From: Chiloscyllium plagiosum
Lineage: Eukaryota
Length of the DNA stretch: 45,899 nt
Reading direction: 5' to 3'
Assembly (NCBI RefSeq): GCF_004010195.1
Contig: NC_057749.1
Location: forward strand, 11,259,523-11,305,421
Shown here one piece after another: positions 35,201-44,423 of this stretch (the stretch's first letter is position 1; the number at the start of each line of letters is the position of its first letter). Below the pieces are notes generated by a model. The model searched no databases and had not been told where the DNA came from. It was given only the letters and a program-made list of their open reading frames with translations. The position numbers and the translations under genes are program-made.

Positions 35201-38200
35201 CATATGTCCACTCATCACAATTTAGAAATTGTACTTTTGATTCCAAACCTAAATTGGGAATGTATACTATGAACAGCTATCCTTGAGAAACACCATTGCT
35301 CACTGCTGGTCACTCAATATCAATCTTTTACTCCCAATTCTTGAGGTTTCTCTTGAAGCCAGTACTTCTTGTCCCCAGACTCCACTTCTCTAACCTGATT
35401 CATTAGGGTGCTATGGGTTACCCTATTGAAGGCCTTTTTAAAAATCTAGATAACTACTATGTCTACTCTGTTCAATCCTTAAATGTAAGAAAGTCTAACA
35501 AGATTTTCCCTTTCCAAATCCACACAGAGTATTCATTTTTATATATTATTTTTCTAACTAATCTCCCATTCTCTCCTTTTGTAAAGTTTCTGACCTGTTG
35601 GCCATTACTGATCTTAAGCTGTCCAGTCTAATAGTATTTCTTGAATGTGCTCTGCTTTTGGTATGCTTTCCTTTATTGGTCAGAGTACTGAGTACAGGAG
35701 TTGGGAGGTCATGTTGCGGCTGTACAGGACATTGGTTAGGCCACTGCTGGAATATTGCGTGCAATTCTGGTCTTCTTCCTATCGGAAAGATGTTGTGAAA
35801 CTTGAAAGGGTTCAGAAAAGATTTACAAGGATGTTCCCAGGGTTGGAGGATTTGAGCTATAGGGAGAGACTGAACAGGCTGGGGCTGTTTTCCCTGGAGC
35901 ATCGGAGGCTGAGGGGTGACCTTATAGAGGTTTACAGAATTATGAGGGGCATGGATAGGATAAATAGACAAAGTCTTTTCCCTGGGGTGGGGGAGTCCAG
36001 AACTAGAGGGCATAGGTTTACGGTGAGAGGGGAAAGATATAAAAGAGACCTAAGGGGCAACTTTTTCACACAGAGGATGGTATGTGTATGGAATGAGCTG
36101 CCAAAGGAAGTGGTGGAGGCTGGTACAATTGCAACATTTAAGAGGCATTTGGATGGGTATATGAATAGGAAGGGTTTGGAAGGATATGGGCCGGGTGCTG
36201 GCAGGTGGGACTAGATTGGGTTGGGAAATGTGGTCGGTATGGACAGGTTGGACCGAAGAGTCTGTTTCCATGCTGTACATCTCTATGACTCTATAATTAC
36301 ATTTGTATTCTGAAAACCCTGTGGCAGGCACTATACTTTTTTCTAAGAGAATATTAAAGAGACATTATTAATTTCAATAACTTTTATAGATTACTTTTAA
36401 AATAAAAAGATGAAATCTCTCTGGACCAGCCCCTTCGAATTTGTTTAGTTTATCGAAATTATCCTCATTTTCTCAGTTTAATTTTAAATGATGTGGAGGT
36501 GCCAGTGTTGGACTGGGGTGGACCAAGTCAGAGGTCACACCTGACGAAGGAACAGTGCTCTGAAAGCTTGTGATTTCAAATAAACCAATTGTACTATAAT
36601 CCAACATTGTGTTACTTCTAATTTTAAATGCACATCTAATTGCTTAATCCATCACTTATTATGTCTACTTGTTAATTCTCCCTGATTAATTCCAAAGTGA
36701 AATCTTAATTTAAATTCCCAACATTTCTACAGTATTGCCTATGGTATTACTTGGCAAAAGTGAGGACTGCAGATGCTGAAAACCAGAGTTTAGATCAGAG
36801 TGGTGCTGAAAAAGCACAGCAGATCAGGCAGCATCAGAGGAGCAGTAAAATCAACGTTTCAGGCAAAAGCCCTGAAGATTTTCCTGCTCCTCGGATGCTG
36901 CCTGACCTGCTGTGCTTTTCCAGCACCACTCTGATCTAAACTATGGTATTATGTTGTCTGTCCCTTAGTATTGTTATGTCCATCACAGCTTTCTTCACTT
37001 TAATGATTTGGCTATAAAGTATTTGACTACTTAGCTGAATGTTCCCTGATAATTTAGATTAGATTAGATTACTTACAGTGTGGAAACAGGCCCTTCGGCC
37101 CAACAAGTCCACACCGCCCCGCCGAAGCGCAACCCCCCATACTCCTACATTTACCCCTTACCTAACAATGGCCAATTCACCTGACCTGCACATCTTTGGA
37201 CTGTGGGAGGAAACCGGAGCACCCGGAGGAAACCCACGCAGACACGGGGAGAACGTGCAAACTCCACACAGTCAGTCGCCTGAGGCGGGAATTGAACCCG
37301 GGTCTCTGGCGCTGTGAGGCAGCAGTGCTAACCACTGTGCCACCGTGCCGCCCACAAAGTTTCAACTTCTTTATTTACTTTTCTTTTAACACGTTTCCTA
37401 ACTTCTTTGAATTCCCCCTTATATATTCCTGTCTATGAACTTGACATGTTTCATTCATAAATTGTTCCATTATTCCTTTATTCCATCATGCAGTCTCGTT
37501 TGTGTTTAGCTTGTTCTTTACTTTCACAAGTATATATTGTTCCCTAAATTGTTGACCAAAGTTTTAGATGTTTTTCATTTGTTTGCCAATATTGCTTCTT
37601 TTTGCCAATATTGATCTTCAGCTCCATTGTTAGCCTCTTGAAATTACTTTTTATCCAATCTCTCAACCTATGTTTTCATCATAATCTTGTATATTGTCGT
37701 GATCATTAATATTTTATTATGGCCACAATTTTCTAGATATTCTCCTCCTTTTACACATCTATTCTGATGCAGGTGGTGTCAGCTGGACAGCTGGTTTGTA
37801 ATGTACAGTGATGCTAACTGCACGGGTTTAAATGCTGTACAAGATAAGGTTATGAAGCGCTCACCTTGCCTGAAAGGTAGTGATCCTCAGACTAAACTAT
37901 TACCAGTTATCTCTGCCAAATGAGCAGCCCTCTGGTCTGGTAAGACCATGGCAACTTTACATACTCTGGCTCATTTTGCAATTCTACATCACATTTTCCC
38001 TAATGGGGCCTTTACCTATTGATTACAAATGTACCCCATACACACAATAGGGATCTTATTCACTTCTCCTCTTTCCGTAACTTCTCTGCCGAATTAATAT
38101 GAGAATTGAAATTTCCCTTAACCGTTTGCCATGATTATAAATAATTCATTGAATTATCTATATTTCTTCCTCCACTTCTGTTCCCCTATTAATGGTCTGT

Positions 38201-41200
38201 GGGGTATTCATGTGGTGTGTCCTTTTCACTCTATCCAAATAGATTCCATTTTGAGCTTACTGAGACATGTCTCTATTTTATTGCCATGTGTGACAATGCT
38301 GTCACTTTAAGAGATTATTTTGTTCTGGTTTTCTTTTGAAGAGAGGTTGTAAGGCAGAGATTCCAAACTAACTGAGGACAACTTGAGTAAATAGCTTGGG
38401 AGGCCCTTTTTTAAAAAAAACAGCCTGAATGGGTGTGGCCAGCTCTCAGATCCAGATTTCTGGGTTTTGGTTTGTTTCAGTAACATCAGAAGATATTGGG
38501 ATCTCAAAAGAATTGGAAGCTTCAGTGACTGCCTCTTGGCTTCTACTCACTGAGTCATCTCTTGACAATTTTTCTCTCCTCGATTGGAGAGCTGTGTGCG
38601 AGAATCTGTGTCTGAACTTTCCTTTTTGCTAAGGTGTGTGTTTATGGAATGTTACTATATTGGAACAGTTAATTAATAATAATTATAGAGTCATAGAGGT
38701 CTTCAGCATACAAAGAGGCCCTTCAACCCAACTTGCCCATGCCACCCAGTTTTCACAATTGAAACTATTCCCACTTGCCTGGGTTTGGTCCATACCCTGC
38801 CATCCCTATCCCATCCATGTACTTGTCTAAATGTTTCTTAAATGACAAAATTGCACTTGCCTCCACTATCTCTGGCACTCCATTCCAGATACTCACCACC
38901 ATCTGTGTGAAAAAAAATGCCTCTCTGGACCCTTCTGTATCTCTTCCCTCTCACCTTAAACCCACGTCCTCTAATTTTACACTCCTCTATCAATGGGAGA
39001 ATCTGCCACCTATCTTTCTTACCTATACCTCTCATGATTTTATAAACCTATGTAAGGTCACCTCTCAGTCTCCAAGGTTCCAGTAAAAACATTCCCAGCC
39101 CATCCAAGCTCTTCTTATAATTCAAATCTTCCAGCCCAGGTAGTATCCTAGTAATACCTTTCCTAGTTTAACAATATCCTTTCTACAGTAAACCAACCAG
39201 AACTGCATGTAGTACTCCAAATGTTGCCTCACCAACATCTTCTACTTTCTTATAGCATCTGTACCCCAGAACATTGAGTTGCCAGTCCTGTCTCTCCCTC
39301 AGCCAGGTTTTTCTCCTAGTTATAATATCCCAATCCCATGTGCCCAGAGTTCATTTGCCTTACCTGTCAGGCCTCTTGCATTGGAAATAAGTATAGTTTA
39401 ACCCAGACTTCCCACTGTGCTCTTGCCTGCCCTGAGATTACCAACACTGCCTTTACTGTTTAACTTGCTCTCATTAACCTCTATATTGTCCTCAATCTTC
39501 TCTTTTGTCTCCCCATTGCTTTGGATCCCAACCCCCCTCCCAGACTAGTTTAAAACCTCCCATGTGGCTCTTGCAAATCACTCTGCCAGGATATTGGTCC
39601 TCCTCCAGTTCAGGTGTAAACTGTTCCTCTTGCACAAGTCATGCCTGCCCCAGATAAAATCCCAATTATCCAAGAGTCTGAATCCATGCCCCCTGCAGCA
39701 GCTCTCAAGCCACGCATTCATCTGCCAAACCTTCCTCTCACTAACACATGGCACTGGAAGCAGTCCAGAAATTATGCCCTTGAGATCCTGCATTTTAAAC
39801 TTCTATCTAGCTCCCTATAACTACTCTTCAGGTAGGAAAAGGGATGAGGTCCTATGTACAATGAACTCTGGCTGCTCACTGCACGCGCCGCCCTCCCCTC
39901 CACTTTAAGAAGTTCATGCAATCGCTCAGTTATTGTATCCATTGTTAAGTTTCCAATCTGTTAAGCTATTCTAAATTCCTCTTTCTCTGATTGTATTTTA
40001 AATACAGCATTTAAATAAAATGTGTTTTTAACTTCAAGTAGTTTGACCAGTTGTACTGCACCTGAGACTTTACATTTGCCTTTAAAATAAGAAAAAGTTA
40101 GGGTCTAGACTTCCTTAGAACATTCTTGAGGGGGTCTGATCTGATTCATAACAAACTGGGGGGGTTCTTGTTGGGCCGAAATCTATAATTCAAAATTGAG
40201 TTTAGGATTGTTGAACTCGAAGGCTGCGAGTGGCAATTGTTGGGGTCTTTTATTCCTGGTATTGAATTCAGTTGGTTTAAACAGGGTGCACCTTGTGCAG
40301 GAATAGCTCTTTTGGCCACTAAGTTTTCTCGGGTGGAAGAAGTGATTGCAAAAGTTTTACAAAAAGTGAGCAAGGCAAAGCTGTTGGAATTGGCAGACCA
40401 GGTGGAGTTGGGGTTGATTTTGTTATGCAAAAATGGGAGATAATTCTATTTTGCTCAAAAAGCACACAATCTGCAAGTCAATTTATGTAACATTTTCTAA
40501 ATTCCTATTTTGGAAATAGAACCTGTCTGACTCAACAGACTCTGAATTCACATCTTTAATGCATTGTCTGAGCTGAGATGCCACTTTTTAAAAAATAAAA
40601 CCCTAAGTTATCTCGAGAATGCGACCAGAAAGGAATTCTGGGATTTACATATAAATGAACTGAAACCCATTCTAAAAGATGAAGGACTTAACAGCAATCT
40701 ATGTTTGTTCAACATAACGCTTCAGTTGCATGATATGTGATCGTTTGCTATACATTCTGTGCCCTATGATCCTGCTCCAAAGCTATATGATGAAGGAACA
40801 GTGCTCTGAAAGCTAGTACTAATAGACTAAGACTAAGGGTTTTAAAAATGAAGACACCTTTGGATTTTGAAGTTTTTTTTAAGGGGATGGGAAGTGTTAC
40901 AATGCTGTCACTTTAAGAGATTATTTTGTCATTTTCTGGGAAAGAGGTTGGAAGGCAGAGATTCCAAACTGGCTACTGAGGACAACTTGAAAGCTTGGGA
41001 AGCCCTGGGTTTTTTTTTAAAATAGCCTGAAAGGGTGTGGCCAACTCTCTCCGATCTAGATTTCTAGATTTTGGTTTTTTTCAATAACATCAGAAGATAT
41101 TGGGGCCTTAAAAGAGTTGGAAGCTTCAGTGAATGTCTCTTGGCTGCTAGTCTCTCTAAATCTTCTCAATGATTTGTTTCCTTCTGTATTGGAGAACTGT

Positions 41201-42670
41201 ATGTGAGAATCTATGTCTGAATTTTCCTTTTTGCCAAGGAGTGTGTTGAAAGGATGTTACTATATTGGAGCATTTAGTGAGGAATAGTTACTGTATCTAT
41301 TATTCTGTCAAGTTTCCAATCTGTGAAGTTATTCTGAATTGCTCTTTCTCTGGTTGTATTTTAATGAGTGTTTACATTAATGGTATTTTGCTTCCCGTCG
41401 AGTAGTTTGGCCAGTTGCACTGCATCGGAGACACTTTATACTTGCCTTTAAAATTAGAAAAAGTTAGGATCTAACCCTAACCTTCTTAAAATATTTTTGA
41501 GGGGTCAGATATGTCATCCTTTAGACTCCAATATTGCAGCAGGACTGAGCATGGGCGTTGTCCACTTACACCTGCTTTCTTTTTTATTTAGATTAGATTA
41601 CATTACATTACAGTGTGGAAACAGGCCCTTCAGCCCAACAAGTCCACACCGACCTGCCGAAGCGTAACCCACCCATACCCCTACATTACTTTTTGCTTTC
41701 ACTCTTTATCTTTCTTGTTTTCTTTAAAAAGTAGAGAGCGATGGGTGGAGGAGGCGGCATCCAGTGGCAGCAGTAGTGACAGCAATGTCAGGATGAGTTC
41801 CAACTCCACACCTGCCAAGGGTATCCTGGCAGCAAGCAACAGGTCCCAAGCTAACTCCCCCAGCACCGACTCACAGGCCGAGGCGAAGTCCCACGTCAGT
41901 AGCTAGACTAGCTTCCAGAACTGAAAGTGCTGGTGGTGGACTCCAACGACTGATGACTGGCAGCAGCATCTGGAGGAGCATCAGATGGGACACAGGAGAT
42001 AGAGAACCCCCACAACCCCAGGCCGATGGTTCCAACTCAGAAGTTGCAACTGCGGCATAGGCGGAGGCCCACAACAGAGACCCCAGAGATCATTACATAG
42101 ACTGCTCCAAAGACTGTCAAGCAGCGATGAGATGAGCAGTGGAGGAGGAACAAGATAAGGAGAGAAAGTAAAATTTTGCCACATGTTCAACATTTCAAGA
42201 TGGCGCTAAAATGTGGCGACACTGTGTATAACACATGAAGTCACTTTTCACAATATTTTAAATTCATGTGACGATAAATCTAACCTAAATCTTGATGTAT
42301 CGCTCCTCGTCCTTTGCAGTCAGCACCCAACTTCAACAGATAAACATAGATCCACAATGTCTGTTTGACTCCCAAGGGGATTAGAATACCAAACACTGCC
42401 TCACCATGACTCATGTTCATTATAACTGACCTCTGAACATCTCTTCCAAAAAAACATACAATTTTGAAATACTCTAATAGAAGCCCAAGTGTTTAACACA
42501 TACCAATGACCTGGGCAATTCATGGGCTTCAGCGCAAATATCTCTTTCTCCACCTGAAAGCTAAACATTTTCTCATGGTAGTGCTGCCAGTGGCCAGATA
42601 TTTCCCACAGGCAACTGCTGTAGATATTTGGAGATATCACTTCAGTGAATCCATGTCTATGATACTCCTC
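11130..42670 (-). CDS. TARS: Threonine--tRNA ligase, eukaryotic cytoplasmic type, 3' part (9 coding exons; paralogue uncertain, TARS3/TARS2-like); 5' exons outside window
   Basis: Exons 42504-42670, 33333-33495, 25506-25643, 24939-25016, 24758-24858, 23286-23390, 19317-19389, 19118-19232 and 11130-11278 splice in frame (1089 nt). They give ThrRS signatures [85 protein letters not shown] and AEEEF*. Confidence 0.96.
12205..14332 (+). mobile_element. 5'-truncated CR1 (HER1-like) LINE with intact 3' tail, interrupted by a MITE
   Basis: [40 protein letters not shown]; ends ...gtacatctctgtgactctat. Confidence 0.9.
13274..13959. mobile_element. Second copy of the Tigger-like MITE
   Basis: Termini TAGAGGAACCTTGATTATCCAAAT and ATTTGGATAATTGAAGTTCCTCTG; internal similarity to 5524-6226; inserted at the TA of CR1 GACCTTA|TAGAGG. 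Confidence 0.85.
16015..17740 (+). mobile_element. 5'-truncated CR1 LINE nested in another CR1
   Basis: [14 protein letters not shown]...YRPVSL...SQHGF; 3' tail cctgtactgtttatgttcta; flanked by TATAAGGT at 16007-16014 and 17739-17746. Confidence 0.85.
16693..16861. mobile_element. Penelope-derived foldback mini-element, degenerate
   Basis: Inverted arms (gctggaaaagcacagc / gctgtgcttttccagc); direct repeat GACTACAAGA at 16683-16692 and 16862-16871. Confidence 0.7.
19118..19232 (-). CDS. TARS: ThrRS exon (115 nt): [38 protein letters not shown](V)
   Basis: ttttag| acceptor and |gtaaat donor; anticodon-binding domain. Confidence 0.95.
19317..19389 (-). CDS. TARS: ThrRS exon (73 nt): [24 protein letters not shown]
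   Basis: atgtag| acceptor and |gtgagc donor; start of the anticodon-binding domain. Confidence 0.95.
20134..20328. mobile_element. Penelope-derived foldback mini-element with perfect 71-bp inverted repeat and hammerhead core
   Basis: Arms 20134-20204 and 20225-20295 are exact reverse complements with a 20-nt loop; TSD CTTACGTCAAGAAG at 20122-20135 and 20329-20342. Confidence 0.85.
20731..21086 (-). mobile_element. tRNA-derived SINE (SacSINE1/DeuSINE-like), inserted in an old CR1 remnant
   Basis: Minus strand shows A-box-like TGGCCTAGCAG, B-box GGTTCAAATCC and tail ...gaatgaataaaaaa; homologous to 32440-32780. Confidence 0.75.
21480..21940 (-). mobile_element. Penelope-like element GIY-YIG fragment
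   Basis: Minus strand reads [18 protein letters not shown]...YIGETK. Confidence 0.7.
23286..23390 (-). CDS. TARS: ThrRS exon (105 nt): [34 protein letters not shown](W)
   Basis: ctatag| acceptor and |gtaacg donor; Zn-ligand His (IHRA) and motif 3 (GSLER). Confidence 0.96.
23665..24426 (+). repeat. Unclassified interspersed repeat (probable non-autonomous retroposon)
   Basis: GC-richer body ending ATGGCGAC...acttttcattgtac...TGACAATAAAATCTAAATCT; a similar tail occurs at 42200-42292. Confidence 0.45.
24758..24858 (-). CDS. TARS: ThrRS exon (101 nt): [33 protein letters not shown](S)
   Basis: ccgcag| acceptor and |gtgagt donor; [10 protein letters not shown] signature. Confidence 0.96.
24939..25016 (-). 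CDS. TARS: ThrRS exon (78 nt): [26 protein letters not shown]
   Basis: tttag|CAG acceptor and |gttagt donor; GDGAFYGPK signature. Confidence 0.95.
25506..25643 (-). CDS. TARS: ThrRS exon (138 nt): [46 protein letters not shown]
   Basis: Polypyrimidine-ttatag| acceptor; non-canonical AAG|GCAAGT donor; [10 protein letters not shown] motif. Confidence 0.93.
26527..26862 (+). mobile_element. L2/CR1-like LINE 3' end fragment
   Basis: [13 protein letters not shown] peptide; tail caataaatgctggcc...aatgaataaagaaaaaa. Confidence 0.7.
27795..31391 (-). mobile_element. Long CR1 LINE (ORF1 end, endonuclease, RT, 3' tail) with deletions, interrupted by an HE1 SINE
   Basis: ORFs 30971-31198 (SGNH), 30217-30795 (AITETWL...GGGV...MGDFN), 29628-30056 and 28227-28760 (GVPQG...YINDL). 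Confidence 0.9.
29034..29347 (+). mobile_element. HE1-type tRNA-derived V-SINE, full length and young
   Basis: A box TGGCACAGTGG, B box GGTTCAATTCC, V-domain GTGTGGAGTTTGCACATTCTCCCCGTGTCTGCGTGGGTTTCCTCCGGGTGCTCCGGTTTCCTCCCAC, CR1-like tail and (TAATC)n; CpGs retained. Confidence 0.92.
32440..32780 (+). mobile_element. tRNA-derived SINE (SacSINE1/DeuSINE-like)
   Basis: GGGGAGGTGATGGCCCAGTGG head, degenerate B box, tail gggcaataaatgctggcc...aatgaat. Confidence 0.75.
33333..33495 (-). CDS. TARS: ThrRS exon (163 nt): [54 protein letters not shown]
   Basis: tttcag| acceptor and |gtgagt donor; motif 2 and Zn-ligand His (DDAH); phase matches the previous exon (TG+T = Cys). Confidence 0.97.
34190..34962 (+). 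mobile_element. Internally deleted LINE carrying the SacSINE1-like tRNA head (SINE head, LINE 5' region, LINE 3' end)
   Basis: 34190-34430 matches the SINE head and core; endonuclease-start-like LLTNI...LSHRLVKQ follows; from ~34660 it matches the LINE 3' end at 26527-26862. Confidence 0.6.
35655..36293 (+). mobile_element. Young 5'-truncated CR1 (HER1-like) 3' end
   Basis: Uninterrupted ORF2 C-terminus [17 protein letters not shown]...[10 protein letters not shown] and tail ctctatgactctat. Confidence 0.92.
36486..36620 (+). mobile_element. Short Penelope-derived repeat with hammerhead-like core (36538-36572)
   Basis: CAC-CTGACGA-AGGAAC-AGT-GCTCT-GAAAGCTT-GTG; related to 40785-40820 and 44185-44256. 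Confidence 0.6.
36750..36940. mobile_element. Penelope-derived foldback mini-element
   Basis: Imperfect inverted arms (gtttagatcagagtggtgctg / cagcaccactctgatctaaac); TSD CTATGGTATTA at 36739-36749 and 36941-36951. Confidence 0.8.
37054..37358 (-). mobile_element. HE1-type V-SINE, near-identical inverted copy of 29034-29347
   Basis: Reverse complement matches the first copy apart from a few substitutions and one ~16-bp deletion. Confidence 0.92.
38685..39925 (-). mobile_element. Internally deleted CR1 nested in the 5' LTR
   Basis: 3' tail at 38685; ORF1 peptide ISGLLPVP...[20 protein letters not shown]. Confidence 0.8.
40450..40820 (+). mobile_element. Penelope-type terminal-repeat fragment with mutated hammerhead core
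   Basis: Ends ATGATGAAGGAACAGTGCTCTGAAAGCTAGT, the same motif family as 36538 and 44222. Confidence 0.55.
41588..41687 (-). mobile_element. 5'-truncated HE1 SINE (3' end only)
   Basis: Matches the tail and (TAATC)n of the two full copies. Confidence 0.85.
41690..42292 (+). repeat. Unclassified interspersed repeat related at its 3' end to 23665-24426
   Basis: AAGATGGCG...GTGGCGAC...cacttttca...GTGACGATAAATCTAACCTAAATCT. Confidence 0.4.
42504..42670 (-). CDS. TARS: ThrRS exon (167 nt): [55 protein letters not shown](C)
   Basis: ttacag| acceptor and |gtatgt donor; class II motif 1 region and Zn-ligand Cys (MNC). Confidence 0.96.
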
Positions 42671-43710
42671 CTGTAACAGATACAGATAACAGTCAAGAAC
42701 AAACTTGCATTTATTTGCACCATCTATGACATCAAGCATCCTTTATGCATGACAACTATGGAGAACTTTTGAAAGCATCATGGTTCCAAAGGTTGCAAAC
42801 TACAATCCAGTAAAACCCCACAAAATAGCCATGCGATTGAAGACCACAATCTGTTACTGTCACACCATTAGAAAAATAAATATATTCAAGGGAAAAATGG
42901 AAAATATCTACGTATGACATGAGCATCACTCAAGATCAATATTCATTAACCATTCTTAATCACCCTCAGGAAGACAGCAGTGTGCCAATCTTGAACCACT
43001 TATGATCATCTCACTTAAGTATTCGTATTGTTAGGGAGGAAGTTCCAGGAATTTAACCCAGTGACAGTGAATGAAGATGATAATTCCTAGTCAGCATGGT
43101 GTGGAGTTTGGAAGATGTGAGATTTTCATGTGATGGTGTTCTCACGTATCTATTGTCCTTGTCTTTCCACATGGTAGAAGTCATTTATCGTCTTCTAAAT
43201 GTACCATGCTCTCTCTCTCTCATCCTACTGGAGGGGGAAAGGCAAGGTTGCAATTTAATAAATCATCCAAAGATCAGCACCTATGACTGCATAACACTCC
43301 CTAAGAATTGAAATTGGCATTTTGTGCTCAACTCCTGAAGTGGAGTTGGAACCCATGACATTCTGATTCAGAAAGTACTATCCACAGAGACAAGCTGACA
43401 TGAGACAGCCCATGCTCTTGTTCAAACGGTAGTTTTGCCACCATTTGCTTCATGTTCTCCCCATCCCCATCCCCACTTATACCACAAGGAAAGCATTGCT
43501 CCTCATGGAAGACCAGGTAGTACAAGTCCATATGTTATTTCATTGTGAAGTACCACAGCTGGAGCATATCCTGTTCACAAATAAACTAGGTCAGTGGAAA
43601 TACCCAGGAATTGTATTCGCTGATCATTTTTCTTCCTTAAATCCATTAGCACAGAGGCTTTACGTTTCTGAGCAGATACCAGAGGATGATGATCTTTATA
43701 CTTGGGCATG

Positions 43711-44180
43711 TGTTACGACAAAAGGTAAACAGCTCTGCTAATTTAAACCCAGCACACAGAGAAGCTCATTTTACACCGTAATTTGCTGTCAAATCTTCTC
43801 TTTGTATCTTCCTCTGCAGATTTTCCTCTGACGTCTTTTCTTCAGTATTCTGTTTCACAGGTCTTTCATTTGAACAGATACCTTTCGGAGAGTTATTCGG
43901 CTGCATTTATACTTGTTGGTTTTCTTGGCCGTTCTCTCTCCAGTTCAAAATGTCCGGTTTTATACATCAAAATATCGGATCATTTCATTGGTTTAATGTC
44001 ATCCCAAACAGTAAAATTCAAATTCAATTGGATTGTGGTACCTGGGGCATAATTTAAACTGATTGGCCAAATTTGAATTTGTTTTTGTTCCATGGCAACA
44101 CAACTCCAGCTATTTGTTTCGACCAAGCATTACATTTTTACCTTGTCCAGCACTCTGTGCTTTCAGTCATCCTTAAAATT
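43711..44180 (-). mobile_element. Probable 3' LTR of the adjacent Gypsy element
   Basis: TGTTAC terminus; similarity to 27078-27797; lies downstream of RNase H. Confidence 0.5.
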
Positions 44181-44423
44181 CACACCACACCAGGTTATAG
44201 TCCAACAGATTTAACTGGAAGCACTAGCTTTCAGAGCGCTGCTCCTTCATCAGGTGGTTGTGGAGTACACAATTGTAAGACACAGAATTTACAGCAAAAG
44301 TTTACAGTGTGATGTAACTGAAATTATACATTGAAAAACACCTTGATTGTTTGTTAAGTCTCTCATCTGTCAGAAGGACCATGATAGTTTCACTTCTTTT
44401 ATATGTAAATCACTAAACTTTTT
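44180..44423 (-). mobile_element. Penelope-type terminal-repeat fragment
   Basis: Contains the hammerhead motif at 44222-44256; shares ccag.ttatagt.caa with 36590-36610. Confidence 0.65.
44222..44256 (-). ncRNA. Minimal type I hammerhead ribozyme motif (Penelope-associated)
   Basis: CAC-CUGAUGA-A-GGAGC-AGC-GCUCU-GAAAGCUA^GUG: conserved cores, helix II, palindromic AGCU helix III, CAC/GUG helix I. Confidence 0.65.

Larger units (their letters stand above)
38289..41510 (+). mobile_element. Internally deleted Gypsy-type LTR retrotransposon: 5' LTR (38289-40153, split by CR1), PBS, gag start, PPT, 3' LTR (40895 to ~41510)
   Basis: Two direct LTR copies starting TGTGAC/TGTTAC-AATGCTGTCACTTTAAGAGA; ATAACA end then TGGGGG PBS at 40157; [14 protein letters not shown] gag-like peptide; PPT AAGGGGATGGGAAG at 40881-40894. 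Confidence 0.82.

Noticed and set aside
11130..42670. ThrRS locus as a pseudogene
   Set aside because: All nine exons have valid splice sites and matching phases with no stops or frameshifts; the 5' part cannot be assessed here.
43328..43531. ORF MDLYYLVFHEEQCFPCG as the preceding ThrRS exon (expected ELFFFHELSPGSCFF-like)
   Set aside because: Only superficial resemblance, with no SPGS motif or fitting splice sites; the upstream exon is probably beyond the window.
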